DNA of 64,000 nucleotides from Lobosporangium transversale (Eukaryota): NCBI RefSeq assembly GCF_002105155.1, contig NW_019028980.1, positions 1 to 64,000 of the forward strand, read 5' to 3'. Shown piece by piece: positions 25,304 to 51,385 of this stretch (position 1 is its first letter; each line of letters starts with the position of its first letter). The notes under the pieces were generated by a model. It saw only the letters and a program-made list of their open reading frames with translations, ran no database searches and was not told where the DNA came from. The position numbers and the translations under genes were made by a program.

Positions 25304-25886
25304 AGTGCTTCGTTCATAATTCTATTGACTAATACATTGGCATCAATGTTCACTACTATTTTGTGCATACCTTCGAGCAAATCTTTGAGAGCATATCTTT
25401 GAGGACAGATAAAATTATCATTATCCAACCTGTAGAACGATCAAACTGTGAGCTTCGGTATAAAGCGATGAATCATATCTTTCACAGCTTCCACATCTTT
25501 CTTCGAGCGTCTCACCGTTCCATTGAACCCATCTCCCATTAGTAAAAAATACATTTACCAATGACTGGTAACTTTCGTTTCATCCATGACAATGGCAGGG
25601 GCTCCGAGTCCGTCGTTCCAAATCAATTTGAAAGCGATAAACCAAATGCTATGAAAATTTTCACTAACTTGCTCAAATATTGGCAGGGCCAAGTTGACCA
25701 AGACGGTAGTGTATCTTTTTCCTTTTTAGTCTCTAGTTTATCTGGTAACATTTCCATGCATTCACCATGGATTTCTGGTCGTATTCTCCTTTTCTTTTCA
25801 TCCCCTCGATGTTGTACGCTTAAAACATTGATAAGAGACTTTATTTGCACAATTGTATCAAGTACGCTGACTAGGGTTCCTTATAC

Positions 25887-26835
25887 TTATAACCCACCCA
25901 TGTGAAACTGAGGAAGACGGTAAAGATGCTGACGGACGCGAGTACGAGAAGAGGGGCAAGGAGTATCATTACTATCGAGCCAAGAAGTCAACAACTCAGC
26001 CGAGTTACTTTCCAAAGACTTCAAACCACGGGTTGAAAGTCTCCACATTACATTCTCCACACTGTAAAAATCAAGTCTAATAGCAAGGGTTTCGGCATTG
26101 GCCATAACAAACCGTCTATCAAGCTTGAGAGTGGTAACACGCTATTCGGTGTCTTGCTGTTCAAACTGAAAATCGCCATAGCCACCAACCTTGGCTAACA
26201 GAGTAATGTCAAGAAGGTCGACATAGACAAAATCACTACCGTCCTTTCGAATCAAAGTCTGACCCAAAACCCACTTATTAACGGACAGAGCCCTTTCATC
26301 ATCGATTTTCTCGGGTTATACTTTCTTAAATGCGTCCGCCACTGCTTGACCATCATCGGAACCGTACGCATCCTTGATAGCTGCATGGAATTGATCGCAG
26401 ATGGATACGAGGAGGGTTAATGCGTTTGAAGATAAAGAGAAGGTTGTGATTTTATCTTGGTACTTCAAGTAGGTACCCTCGACGCAAATGATTCCTGCCT
26501 AGGAGCTCGGTAGAGTCAGCACTAGAGCCGAGAATGCTTGCAATTGCTGCTACATGGCTGCTCCCTTGGTATTTGTATCAGAAGTGTTTTTGCCATGGAA
26601 ACTACTGATAATGATAGATTTACTGAACGCCATTGCGACACTAGCTAGTTTTGTAATGAGGAAAAAAAAAAAAAAAAGAAAGAAAAAAAATAGGATTGTT
26701 TTTGCCAGTTAATGCAATGCTTCATTGTTCAGCTCAGCCTTGTTGAATAAAGCATTCGAGTATCATATCCAACACAAGCAGGTTGCAGAAATTCATACTG
26801 GTATAAGCAAGGACTACAAACTCGAGAAGAAGCAT
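25887..26835 (-). pseudogene. Pseudogene copy A of the secreted protein family
   Basis: Signal exon MLLLEFVVLAYT|gt at 26835. Exon 2 retains HVAAIASILG, DQFHAAIKDAYG…AVADAFKKV*PEKIDD, KWVLGQTLIRKDG and ANAETLA…LSTRGL…AELLTSWL, with deletions and at least two in-frame stops. Confidence 0.85.
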
Positions 26836-27761
26836 GGTATACTTGATCCATTTCGGTAAGTGAGGAATGAGGATCGTCGATTGGAGTAAGTAAGGTTGAT
26901 AAGCGAGGATAGGAAAAGAAAAGAAGCGATATATACTATATAAGACCACTGTCCTCGAAGGGGAAGGGAAAATCTTTGCACAATCGTATATTTTACAGAT
27001 TCGCAGGCACAGAAAGGGTAAGTGCCAACCTCTCCTAAAGCATTCGCTGGATCATTTAGTCCAGTTGTAGTTTCATAATACGTACAGCAAAGCATGAATC
27101 CTCCTTTGAAAATAGGGTGTTTCTCCTTGCAGGCCGCGTATATTTCCTGAGATCATTCTTCTAAAACCTCTCCCTTTTGGCTGCTTTTGCAGGTCTTTGA
27201 CATATGGAGTATTCCTCTTCTTTAAATTTATATATTTGAATCGCGTTTTTTTTATCTCCTGGATTAAAGGTCATGCAGCACACCATCGTTATCATTAATA
27301 GTTCTTTTATTGGGGCTCTGGTGCCAAACTCGTGCTGCATCTTTTTTGTCAAGCTTTGCACAACTGTCTCTTAATTTTATGCTTTTCTTTTTGAGAAACG
27401 ATTATGGTAAAATGACATTGAGAGACAAAGTCACGAGCAGGCTCTACGCCACCAATATGCTTCGGATGATCGAACAGCATGTCTGTCCACAAACACACAG
27501 ACATCCAGAACACAGACACACGACACACATTTTAACTTTTGATGAATAAATGCTAGTAAACAACTCCATTCTTAAAATTGACATTTCTTTTTCACAATCA
27601 TCTCCATCAATAAGTAACGAAGCGTCAAGAAAAGATTCATCTAGGAAGAATAAACCATCTAACTAATTTATTCGCCACCAAGGAAATCAATAAAGCAAAA
27701 GCAATAGTTTGGTTTCAAGAAAAGACAGAACAACCCTTGTACGTCATAAGTGATACATAAC

Positions 27762-30525
27762 ATGCGCGGCTCAGGAAAAGGGACTGCAAAGGATTCAGAA
27801 GAGTACGAGGATCATTTTCTGCATCAAACTATTGGCGCTCCTCGCATTCGGTCGCATACAGCTCGATATGGTCATCACAAGGTTATGCGCCATCATCATC
27901 TAGCCTCCTCGAGCAGCGGTGGCGGCTCTGCTTTGCCTACCACATCCACTGCAGATGCCCCCGGTGCGGCGGGGACGACTGCCTCATCTGTCTCTGCCTA
28001 TCTGGAGCATCTCCCTTCACTCAATCTTAATGCCACACCACCACCCCGGCCTCCTCGGCCTCCTGGTGGTCTTCTTGGCATCAGTAATGGGCGCGGGATA
28101 GGATACGGTAGAAGTCTCGGCAGCAGCAACTATGATAGTCCGTTAACCATCCATGGCTCTTTTGACGGCCATGTACGCAGCGAGGCTAATCTCTATGGGG
28201 GCAAGAACCAAAGTTCAGGATTATTGCCTGTGAAATCCTTAAGTGGTGGTGCAGGAAGCGGCAATCATCATCGACCATCTACATCCATTTTTCCGATCCA
28301 AAAAGCTCTTGAGATCGCCATGAAAGAGTCCAGGTTGCTTGCAGCAGCATCCTCACGAGGCGGAGCAGGATCCGCTGGAACGGGTATGATCACGGGTACA
28401 ACATTTGTGAGAGAATTGAGAAGAGCGAGACATGCTAGGGGGGCCATCATCACAGAGCATGGCCCTACTCCTGACATTTCTCTGGATGAGGACGAGGACG
28501 AGGACACCACTCCCACAGATGCAGATGTAGAGCTAGATTTTGATATCGAATCAAGATTGAGAATTCACGGATCGTTACCATCATCATCGTCACAATCATC
28601 GCAATCATTTTCTACAGGCATGGATACATTTCAATCAAGGACAACAACATCAACAACTCGTTTTAATAGCTTGAAGACTCACAACACTACAGACCGTGAA
28701 TATGGTGACATTAGAATTCAGCGGCCAGCCATAACTGCATTTGAGTCAAAGGCAGGTTATCCAGGCATTGCGTATCTACCTCACACGTCCTCATCGCATG
28801 CAGGTATTATGTCGCTGAGAACCCCCGGATCACTTAGAAATGTGCCATCTACGAAATCATGGGGTCACATCTCGTCATCCTCTGGATCGGCATTAATATC
28901 TACATCTGCATCCAACACATTTGCACCTGTGTCCATATCGTCCTCATCTTCATCATCAATTCCATATAGTGAAAAGTCATTGGAGTTGTTCGTCATCTCT
29001 TCAACCTCTTCAACAAGTACACCATACCAATCTCACTGCTCGCCTGTCTTACCTTCCTCTTCTTCTTCTACATTTGCATCATCAACGTCGTCATCGTTAT
29101 CATCTTCCTCTCGATCTGAATCAGCTGTCCATGCTGTGCGTGAGCTGCTAGATTCATATCCTGCGCCGTCGCCCTATTGCGTTGATGACAAGAAGCGATC
29201 ACCTCTGCACTTTGCGGCAGCCGCAGGAGATTTGGAACTTGTAGAGTACCTATTGGAGCGAGGTGTGCGCCCTGATTGTGGTCGTGATATTGCGGGCAAT
29301 ATGCCTTTGCATCTTGGTAAGGAATAGTTTTCATTATCCTCTTTGCCTTATAAATTAATCCAATGTTATTGATACCATGAGATTACATACAATTCTTTCA
29401 TTTTCTCTAGCCATTATATCAAATAAGATTGATGTTGTGGCTGCACTTCTCAGAGCTGGTACGTATCTTTCTTTCTTCTTTTTTTTTTTTCCTTCCTCTT
29501 TAAAAAAAAAATTCTGAAATGATCAATCATACAATGCAAAATATACAGGAGCGGATATGACCCTTGCATCACCTATGACACACAAGACTCCATTAGACCT
29601 TGCAGAATCAAGACTAAGTTATTTATTGTCGTGTGCACAAGAGAGTGTCAAGCAGTCACAAGAACAATCATCATCACCATTGGACCTCCACAACAATCAG
29701 ATCGCTACGCGATCCACATTTCGTCATCCTTCTTCGTCGTCCCCTTCACAGTCCCAGGCATTGCTGCGACAGATCCGTGATATTGTCAATTTGCTTCGAC
29801 CGTATGTGGTCCGTCAACAGAAGATGCAACACAGTGAACAAGGGAAAGAGCGGCAGAAGGAGCGCTCCTGGGAAAGAGCAGATAAATATATGAGACAACA
29901 CGAGTACCTTAATCAGGAGAGTAATTCCTCCGGTGGAAGTGGCCTCTGGAGAGTCGACCCCCACTCTGATGACAATTTTGGAGATATGGAGGATGAAGAT
30001 GAAGACGATGATGACGAGGGGGATGATGATCGGATGGATATGGGCGAACGAAGACAGCGGTCATCGACTATGAACCCAAGGGGTGGCGCAGCTGCCCGGA
30101 AACAGCTATCAACAAGAGTAGATGTGGATGGAGATGTGGATTTCGATGATGACTCGAATGATGCTCAGCGGTCGTCCTATCCTGGGTCTGGAAAGATGAA
30201 ACGTCTGAATAACAGGCGGTTACCAAAAAGAATGGATGCAAACGAGACCGAAGAAGCATTAGAGAACCTGATGAATGGCTTGTCGTTGCTGGAAGCCAAT
30301 CGAAAGCAAATTGAACAACAGCAGCATCAACAGCACCAACATCATGGAAATTCAGCCCAAATGTTAGTGCAAGGCGGAGTCTCAGATAGTACAGATGGCA
30401 ACTTGGCGGACAGTGAACTGGATCCTCGTAGTGAACAAGAGGTGGATGAGGCATTGCCGGACCTATTGGAACAGGTGCAACAGGTTCTAGAGGCTATTAA
30501 ACTTAACGAGAATACAGGATCATGA
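27762..30525 (+). CDS. Ankyrin-repeat protein (ANKRD54-like core) with long disordered flanks
   Basis: Exons 27762-29316, 29411-29458 and 29549-30525. Repeats RSPLHFAAAAGDLELVEYLLERG, GNMPLHLAIISNKIDVVAALLRAGAD and KTPLDLAESRL. Confidence 0.8.
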
Positions 30526-30977
30526 CATAGAGTTCTGTCTCTCTCGCTCTCTCGCTTTTTTTTATAAGCAAAATAAAAAGTCATGTGAGGTATTTAATAC
30601 GCGTTGATTAACTACGATTCTAGACGACGTGACTTGCAGAAGTAGACCTATTTTTTTTGTGTTCATAGCATGGCTAAATATGAGCCTGGCCCAAAAGTCG
30701 ACTTTGACTTGTACCAAAAAAAAAAAAAAAAAAAAAAAAAAAGTGCAGTCTTTAAACAAAGTAGACATTTATATCCTTTTCTCTTTCCATCTCTTCATTT
30801 CACATCTCATATTACATCACATCACATCACCTTTCATTCCTCTTTTTCATTTTCATTTTCATTTTCTTTTTAAGTGCTTCTTGTTGACATATTTATCCCT
30901 TTTCTCTATTAATTTTATCCCTTCTCAGCCCACTGTGTAAATCACCCCCAAACACACCATATTCACTTGAGTGCTCC

Positions 30978-32654
30978 ATGCAGAACAACAGCAATAGTAT
31001 CCAGCAGTTGCGGGATGTGGCTGTTGTGAATAGTCAGCCTAAGAGAAACACAGCCATGGATGCTGGCAATGTTACCACAAAGTCTTATGCCCAGGGTATT
31101 TATGAAAGCATTTAACGAATAGATATTCCTTCCAAGATTTTTTTTTTTCTCGCACACATGGCAATAAACTTTTTCTTTTTTTTCTTTTATATTAAATAGA
31201 GTTTCCTGCTCAGCGAGTCACTGGATTCTATGGGACGATGGTCAATGCCTTTGGTACTTGCATCGGAACTTTTGGCATGGTAATATTATAGTTATAACAG
31301 GAGAAGGGTATCGAAAAATGATTCATTTGTCAACTAATTTTTTTTTTTTTTTTTTTTTTTTTCGTCCCTTGTAGATCCCATGCTGCATTTGGTAATATGC
31401 AAACCTTTTTATTATTATTATTATTATTATTATTAATATTACAATGGTCAACACATTGAACTGCTCTTGTGTTTCTCATACAACTTGCATTAATATTTGG
31501 TTTTAGCTGCCCTAACCCGTAAGTACCAAGCTGCATATCTTCATACATTCTTATAGTATATAATACAAACTGTGTAAGTATATCTAACTTAATTAAGCTT
31601 CCTATTCAATTATCGATTTAGCTACAAGACCATTGAACAGGGCACCATTGGGTTGGTTACTCGTTTCGGACGGTATTACAAGACAGTAGACCCAGGGTTG
31701 ATTCGCTTAAACCCTTACACAGAACGAGTTTTCAACGTGGACATGAGAGTTCAAATTTCTAATATCCCTAACCAAATGATCATGACCAAGGATAATGTCA
31801 ATGTTCATATTGATTCAATCATTTATTGGCATATCATTGATCCATTTCAAGCAACCTATGGAGTCTCCGATGTCCGACAGGCACTAGTGGAACGAACCCA
31901 GACCACGCTGAGACAGGTGCTGGGCGCTAGACTATTACAGGAAATCATTGAAAATCGCGAGCAGTTGGCCCATGAAATTCAGGATATTATTGACGACCCT
32001 GCACACGCTTGGGGAGTCACCGTAAGTTTTTTTTTTTTTTTTTATTTATAAAAAAAAGAAAGAAACGCGTAAAGAATGGCGTGCTTTCAGCTTTTTATAA
32101 CAACTTGTTTTTCTTTCTTTCTTTCCTTCTTTTTTTCTTTCAAGGTCGAGAGCATTCTAATTAAAGATATCAAATTTTCAAAGAGTCTTCAAGAATCACT
32201 TTCATCCGCAGCTCAAGCCAAACGTCTGGCCGAGTCTAAAGTCATTCAGGCACAATCCGAAGTCGATAGCGCTAAACTGATGCGTCAAGCTGCTGAATGT
32301 GCGTATTATGTGGAAATGTTAAGAAGAAAAAAAAAACGGCCTTCTTCATATTTTATTGTATTAAATATAAATAATACATATTAATCTCTTACTTTTTATA
32401 TTTACAAAGTCCTAAATACCCCTGCGGCCATGCAGATCCGATACCTCGAATCGATGGCAGCCATGGCACGGCATAGTGGTAACAAGACAATCTTTATGCC
32501 AACCTCGGATGACGCGAGAACACATTTTTACCCTGCGGCAGCGTCATCCGGAGCCAATTCAAGTGGGAACCCTCTTTCAAATCTGAAGATGCCTTCAGCC
32601 TCGGTCTCTAGCTCTGATGGCTCTCAACAGGTTTTAACATATCCGCAACATTAA
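30978..32654 (+). CDS. Stomatin/SPFH (band 7) protein, 7 exons including two microexons
   Basis: Spliced text GFYGTMVNAFGTCIGTFGMIPCCICCPNPYKTIEQGTIGLVTRFG…MTKDNV…ERTQTTLRQVLG…WGVTVESILIKDI…SAKLMRQAAEFLNTPAAMQIRYLE. Confidence 0.88.
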
Positions 32655-34360
32655 ACGCTCAAGTCATTGGCAAGCATACGGAGAGATAGGCACACATGCG
32701 CACGAAAGTAAAACGCAAATAGCAAATACGTATCTATAATTTTTTCCATTAAAGTTTTAAAGCGTGTTGTTTGAGGCCTGAATGCTTCAAGAGGTCGTTT
32801 TCAAAATTAGTGAAACCCAAATCCATTCCTCTAAATCCAATCTAACCTCGATACCTCTAAAATCGATAATGAATGGCTTGAGGCCTTTCAGCTCCAACAC
32901 CCTCAGCATATGCATCTTTTCATAATGTTGTCATTTACATGCTTCGACTGCTTCAATTGACTGTTCGTGTTTTTTTTTTTTTTTTTTTTTTTTTTGAATA
33001 TTTTTACTCTGTTCTCAGGGTTTACTTGGCCCTGCTCTACTTCTCTATTACTTTACCCTCATTTCTTTTCAGGGCTTGATATAATCTTAGGATTGGTCTT
33101 GAGTGTCAGTCGCGAGGCTTGGCTGAGTATACCAGCATCATGCTAGCCAATAGAATAGCATATCCAATGTCTCCCTACCCACTCATTTGAACCATCACAG
33201 CTATTTTCTCTTGCTGGCTACTTCTTGCTCTGAAACTTGAGCGCTGGACCTCGGGTAATATATTGACTGTACGTATAACCCTGTTGGCGCTTCCGGTGGA
33301 GTTGATGGCCAGGATTAACGCCTCTGGCCGTATTACCACGCTCTAGATAGAGAGGTGCTGAGTCTATCAAGGCACCAAGTCGTGGACAAAAAAGTTAAGA
33401 TCATATGCAAGTACTCGCTTTGTGTTCTTCTCGTACCTTTCAGCTCCAGTGTCTTTAGTACGTGGGTGATGATCTCAATAGTGATTTGGGTAACTTGGTA
33501 AATTAGGATCAAAGCCGAAAAAGCATCCTGAGGCAGGACAATGTCTGAGTTAGTAGTTATTGTCGTTCATCTTTGTGATCTATTCGACCAAGGCCTCGGT
33601 GAGCAAGCCGACTGATGAAGGCGAACCATAGAAGCTGCCGATGACGATGATGATGATAGTGCATTTAAACTGTTATTATTGCGAAATATAGGGAAGTATA
33701 TTCGAAGACGCCACCATTATCCTCCAGATAACATGGTTGATCGAATTAGAAGTCCCTTCACAGTAGGTCATGATGAGGAAGCTGAGAGATGCTATTATCT
33801 TTTTATGTGGCAGTCTCTTCCTTGCCCCACCATATTTCTTTTATAGACTTGCCTTGAAACTCAAAGGCCTGGCACTGATTTCAAGGCAGTGCAAATGACC
33901 CATTTTGTTCAATGATCAAAGTAAACCTAGCAAAACAGCAACGCATAAAGCATTGAGCTACTGTTTCCCAATTTCTGGCAGTACACGGCCAATCGGCAAG
34001 GCATTTACTGGATTACCCTTTATCTGCATGCCATGATCTCAAGTAAATCTATCGTTATTCTATAAAGGATGTAGTTAAGCAGCATTGCATAACAGTTTCG
34101 GCAAGGAAGTAATCCATGCTCCTTTACTTTGAGAATATATTACACAATTTTACGTCAATTGTAAAGAAATTCCCATTCCTCACTCCTTTTACCGAAAATG
34201 CCGATAGTAATGCTGATATGAGTTCTGATTAACCTATTTGTACGTGAGTGTTGTCTCTTGTATTTTAAATATTGCCTTTCCTATTATTTTTTTTTTTTTT
34301 CTACTCCACATCCCCCATTTCCTACTCGCTTATCATTACTTAAGACACGTCAAGTACATC

Positions 34361-35290
34361 ATGCTTCTTCTCAAGTCTGTGGTTTTTGCTTGCACTGGTA
34401 CGGGCGTCTATATACCGCTTTAGTTGGACGCCACTGCTCGAATATTTTGTTTAACAAGACTGGTCCGAACAATTCTTCCTTACCCTACTTTGCATAACAA
34501 AACTAGCCACCGTAGTATTGGCCTTCGGAACCAATGCTATCATTAGCATCGGTAATTTCGTCGGCGAGGACACCACCGACCCAAGTGCCAAGGGGGAAGA
34601 GATCTTCAGTAGCCCTCAAAACCATGCAGCAGCAGTTGCGAGCATTCTTAGCTACAGTGCTGACTATTGCAATTTCCAGCCTCAGCAAGAGGGGATCATT
34701 TACGATAAGCAAGCTTTTACTGCGTACAAAATGCAGTCAGCGCTTTCCCTGGTTTCCGTTCCGATCGTCTATATCATCTTCCCATCAACCTGAGCGGTGA
34801 TCGTGATCAATTCCATGAAAGGATTGTAAACTTGTACGGTCTCAATGGAGCTCAGGAGGTGGCGGATGCGTTTTTGAAGCTGCTACCCAAGAAAATCGAT
34901 GATAAAGAGGCCCAGTCCGCTGAAATGTGGACTTTGAGTCAGACCCTAATTCAAAAGGACGTAGGCAGCGACCAAGTCTTAGCTGGCCTTCTTGAAGTTA
35001 CTATGACAGCCAGAGTTGACGACTCTGGCAACTTCCACTTCGATGAGCAAGAAGCTGATTTCCAAATGGAGATTTACAGGGTCGATTCTTCCTTTCTTCA
35101 AACACAAGCCCCTACGCTAGCTAGAAATATGCATACTTTGAGTGTGAAGGATGTGACCATGAAGCTTTCGACCAGTGGGTTGATTTCTTTGAACTGTGAG
35201 CCGGCTGAGTTGTTGGCTGCTTGGCTCAGTGCTGGTGATGCCTCTCGCTCCTCTTCCCACACTCACTTCCGTCAGCAACATGCTTTGTAA
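34361..35290 (+). pseudogene. Copy B of the secreted protein family, one frameshift (real or assembly error)
   Basis: Exon 1 34361-34397 (MLLLKSVVFACT), exon 2 from 34507. One A missing in the run at 34728-34731; restoring it gives YKNAVSAFPGF and a continuous frame to 35290. Confidence 0.8.
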
Positions 35291-35406
35291 ATACACAGGA
35301 CCCCAGTGAGCATTTTTAATACAGTTCAGTTATGTAAATAAAACCTTGCCTCATTTATTGCGCGCGCGGCATTTGGCAAAGGAAAAAAGTATGTACGACC
35401 AGGAAA

Positions 35407-35433
35407 CTACGGTGCGGAATGCACCCTGTCGGA

Positions 35434-35465
<32 letters not shown>

Positions 35466-36731
35466 ATAGACTTCGTTGTGAATTTAGACTAGACTGGATC
35501 CATACTACCTTGGGCCACTGCTGGTGATGATAGCATGAAAGAGTGGCACGGTTAGTGTATAGCTTCAGCCCTCGCAACTTCAATGTCCTCAGGTCCGCCA
35601 GCACATACCGCTCCTAAAACGCTTGCTCCATCATCCTTTGTCCGCTTATCTTCTCTGAATCATACGCTGGAGAGCCCCCCAGCCTTCGCGAATAATGCAG
35701 TAGAGATGATCTGCCAATCGAGTCAGCCTTTTTGTCTGTAGCTGGGACTCCAGAGGTATCCCTTCATGTTTCCATTCATGGAAAAAACACAGATGAGGAG
35801 ATTCAAGCTTTAAGCAAGCCCAGTAGTTCATATCCTCATCTTGCTCTCCATCTGAGCTGTACAGCAGCTTTATATCGCCTATCTGCAATAGAGGTCCTGA
35901 CTGCTTCCTTCAGTACGACCCGAGCTCCCGCTACTCAAACACTAATTTTTTTGAGATACTGTCAATAGCATCTCTCTCTTCCCTTCTTTCATATTCTGTT
36001 TTACCTTCTTCTAGCTCTCCAACTCAACCTGGTAGTATAGCCCAAGCTTCACCGAAAATCGCCTCTCGTGCCATGTTTAGTAACTGCTCTGCCTCTTTCC
36101 TGCTCACATCTCGATTCAAATAGTCGTCCAATTCAAGACCCAAGGTCAGTCCTCGCACAGCTGCACAACTGCACAGATCCACATGACCCCTCGGACCACT
36201 TTGGAACCAACCTTTGACATATTTTACTGAGTTGATTATTTTGATTGCTCGCATTATCCCCATTATGACCGAATAACCATATTGCAACACAGTTAAGCGT
36301 GGTAGTAAAGGAAGTGAGGCAGTTGAGGTAATTGATGACAGGGACGAGGCCGAAGAAGGGGCGTTGGCGATAAGCGGATAGGCCTTGTGAAGGATAGTGC
36401 GGATAGATCGAACTGTGTGTAAACGAGTAGTGAATAAGGCATGAACATTTAGTCGAGCCCATTTATTAGAAATAGATCTCCATGGGAGATACAAGTCAGT
36501 AAAGATATGTTGGCTGAATGTCTCACGAGCGAGCTTTGATAAGCGACAGCACCGAGCAATTCCTTGAAAGATGAAAGTAAATGGAACTAACCAAGGGTTG
36601 AATGCTGAAGACGATCGTTGCTAAGGGCTGTGCTTCAGTGAGTGAAAGAAGAGCCATGTCGACGCTTGCAAGCAAGAGTAATGAATGATGGGGAAAGAGG
36701 GGCCAAAGAAGCAAGATGACAAGGAGGCATT
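35407..36731 (-). pseudogene. Decayed F-box/LRR-family gene
   Basis: Fragments in shifting frames match the C-terminal pattern of the intact F-box/LRR genes in this window: YWACLKLES, KRLTRLADH, LADLRTLKLRGL…QQWPKVVWI. Confidence 0.6.
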
Positions 36732-37078
36732 AAAAAGAAAGAGAAGTTCTGCTGTCACCAACAAACACGATATAACGCGTCGGAAACGCGTTTTGCGTTC
36801 TAAACTTTGAGGCTATAAAAAATATTTGTTCTTTCAGTTTCTTTATATAATGTCTAGAGCATATCAGTACCCATCATCTATGTTAGTGAATGCCTAAGTT
36901 GCAGATAAGTCAAGAATATGTCTTGATCGTGATGGAGATTTATGTTTACGATACCTCTATGCTTTAAAATGGAAGCAAGGGTTAAGGACAGCGCGGTGTT
37001 CAAGATTCAAGGTAATTCGCAGTGATGACAGAGTTTTAGGTGTCGAGTGAGAAATAGCATTTATTTCTGTATTGGTGA

Positions 37079-49381
<12,303 letters not shown>

Positions 49382-49772
49382 TAACGACAGCGGGGATATT
49401 GAAGATGGCCGGTGCGCAAATGACGGTATTGGGTGTCAGGACAATTTTTTAATCTTCAACAATGATCCTTTTTTCTTGTTTAGTGCAAGGATCAAGATGA
49501 GCGTGTCTGTGAACGGATTTGATGGATGAATTGATTTAATGCTGACACCTTTTTTTTTGGCCTGCATACTTGCCTAACCTCATCCTTGTGTAACAGCCAC
49601 TTGCGCACTTGCGCAAGTGGCAAAAATCCATCAAAACCAACATGACCAATCGGCAAACGATCTTCACACTGCATATTTGCATAATTGAACGTTTTATTTT
49701 AAGAATAGCACATGATGGACATCGTTTAGAAAATGTATAAATAAAAAAGTTACTTCGCCACACTTCACAAAT

Positions 49773-50751
49773 CTACATTCGGAGTTGTGATAGGGAGTAA
49801 AAGCGCTGACGGGAGTGGGTACGTCTAGTACCAGCGGCAGAGCCATAAGAACCATCAGTTTTTTCATCAAAATCGGCCAAAAACAGCTGAAGGTTGCTGG
49901 TCGAAAGTATTCTTATCGCGTCCCTTATCCTCAACGTGGGGATCCTCTGCGCAAGATTATCAGCAAAAGAAGTCAAGAACCGATCATTGACATTCAATTT
50001 GGCAGAACGGATCGTTGCTGTCTGTTTGTTTATCTGCACATAACCCGTGGTCATGCTGGTCGTAAGCGTAAGACTGAGTTCATGGATCTCAATATAGACT
50101 CTTTTGTCTTCTCCACTTCGAATCAACGTCTGACTCAAGGTCCAATCCTTGGCTGCCTGCGCCTTTTTATCATTCAGTTTCCTAGGCAGCAATTTTTCAA
50201 ACGCGTCTGCAATCTCTTTGGCGTCATTGTTGCTACGGTTATCGTTTTCATTATAGGCTCTTTCGAGTGAGTCGCGGAGCTGTCTGCGGTCACCATTCAA
50301 CTCAAACGAGATCGGAAGAGTGTCGTAGCTCAAGGCGAAGCCAGGAAAGGCAAAAAAATTTTGTTTGTAGTTGTCGTAAATATTTTTATCAAATAGAATG
50401 CCGTCCTGTTGAGGTTGGTATCTAACAGCCTCACCACTGAACACAAGTATGCTCCCAGCGGCAGCAGCATGATTGTGAGGGTTGCGAAAGATTTCGACCC
50501 CATTCGCTCTGGGATCAGTAATATCTTTACCAACTAGGCGTGCAGTGCTGATAATGGCCTGTTCACTGCCAAGAGCCAATGCCACGGTAGCTATAAAAAA
50601 AATAAAAAAAAAAAAAAAAAAAAGCAATATGAGCGATTAAAAAAAAGATCATTCTATTAGGTTTAGATGAAGAATGTCAAGCATTGTGCCCGATGCACCT
50701 ATACTAATTAACAGTACTAGAGCAAGCAAGAAGGAAGGATTGGATAAGCAT
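49773..50751 (-). CDS. Copy C of the secreted protein family, apparently intact
   Basis: Exon 1 50751-50718 (MLIQSFLLACS, weak GTACTG donor), exon 2 50590-49773 open. Motifs DITDP, NHAAAAGSILVFS, YKQNFFAFPGF, IADAFEKLLP, WTLSQTLI, FADNLAQRIP and ILST. Confidence 0.78.
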
Positions 50752-51313
50752 GATATGAGTATGAGAGGATAAGTAGTCGAAATATGTGTGAAGAAGTGAA
50801 AGTGACCTAAAAAAAAAGTGAAAAAAGAAAGGAAAGGAAAAAGGGAGGGAAGGTAGGTACAAGAATATCGAACACGCGAGAGGCTCAGCATTTTTTTTCT
50901 GCTTTGATCTTCATCTTGGCGAAGATGCATGAATAGCAGAGAAGCACCAGAGCGGGAAAAAAACTTAGTCTAGTGGCGAGACGATCTAGTACAAACACAA
51001 GTGGAATAAATGAGCCTTTTCGTTTCTCCAAAAAGATATTCGAGCCGTGGGAGCATACTTGTATCTGCTATTGAAAGAGACTTGAATGCTGTTCTTAACT
51101 GCCTGTTAGACTAACTGCCTCATACTCATTTCTATAGATTGACTATAGACTAGGATCGTCCAAAATTCCCGGCCGAAGATCAATATTTCGAATCTTAAAA
51201 GCGAGACTCATGGTACACAGAAAAGTCATATTCTAAAATAAAAAATCCAACAGACTTTTTTTTGCTTTTTTATTGATGACAGCACTTCGAGATACTCTTT
51301 TTTATCGTATTCA

Positions 51314-51358
<45 letters not shown>

Positions 51359-51385
51359 ACGTGTCATTCGTGCACCTTATAGGAT

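Noticed and set aside
33000..33780. Possible additional F-box/LRR relic
   Set aside because: Only short suggestive peptides (LALPVELMARI); too fragmented to support.
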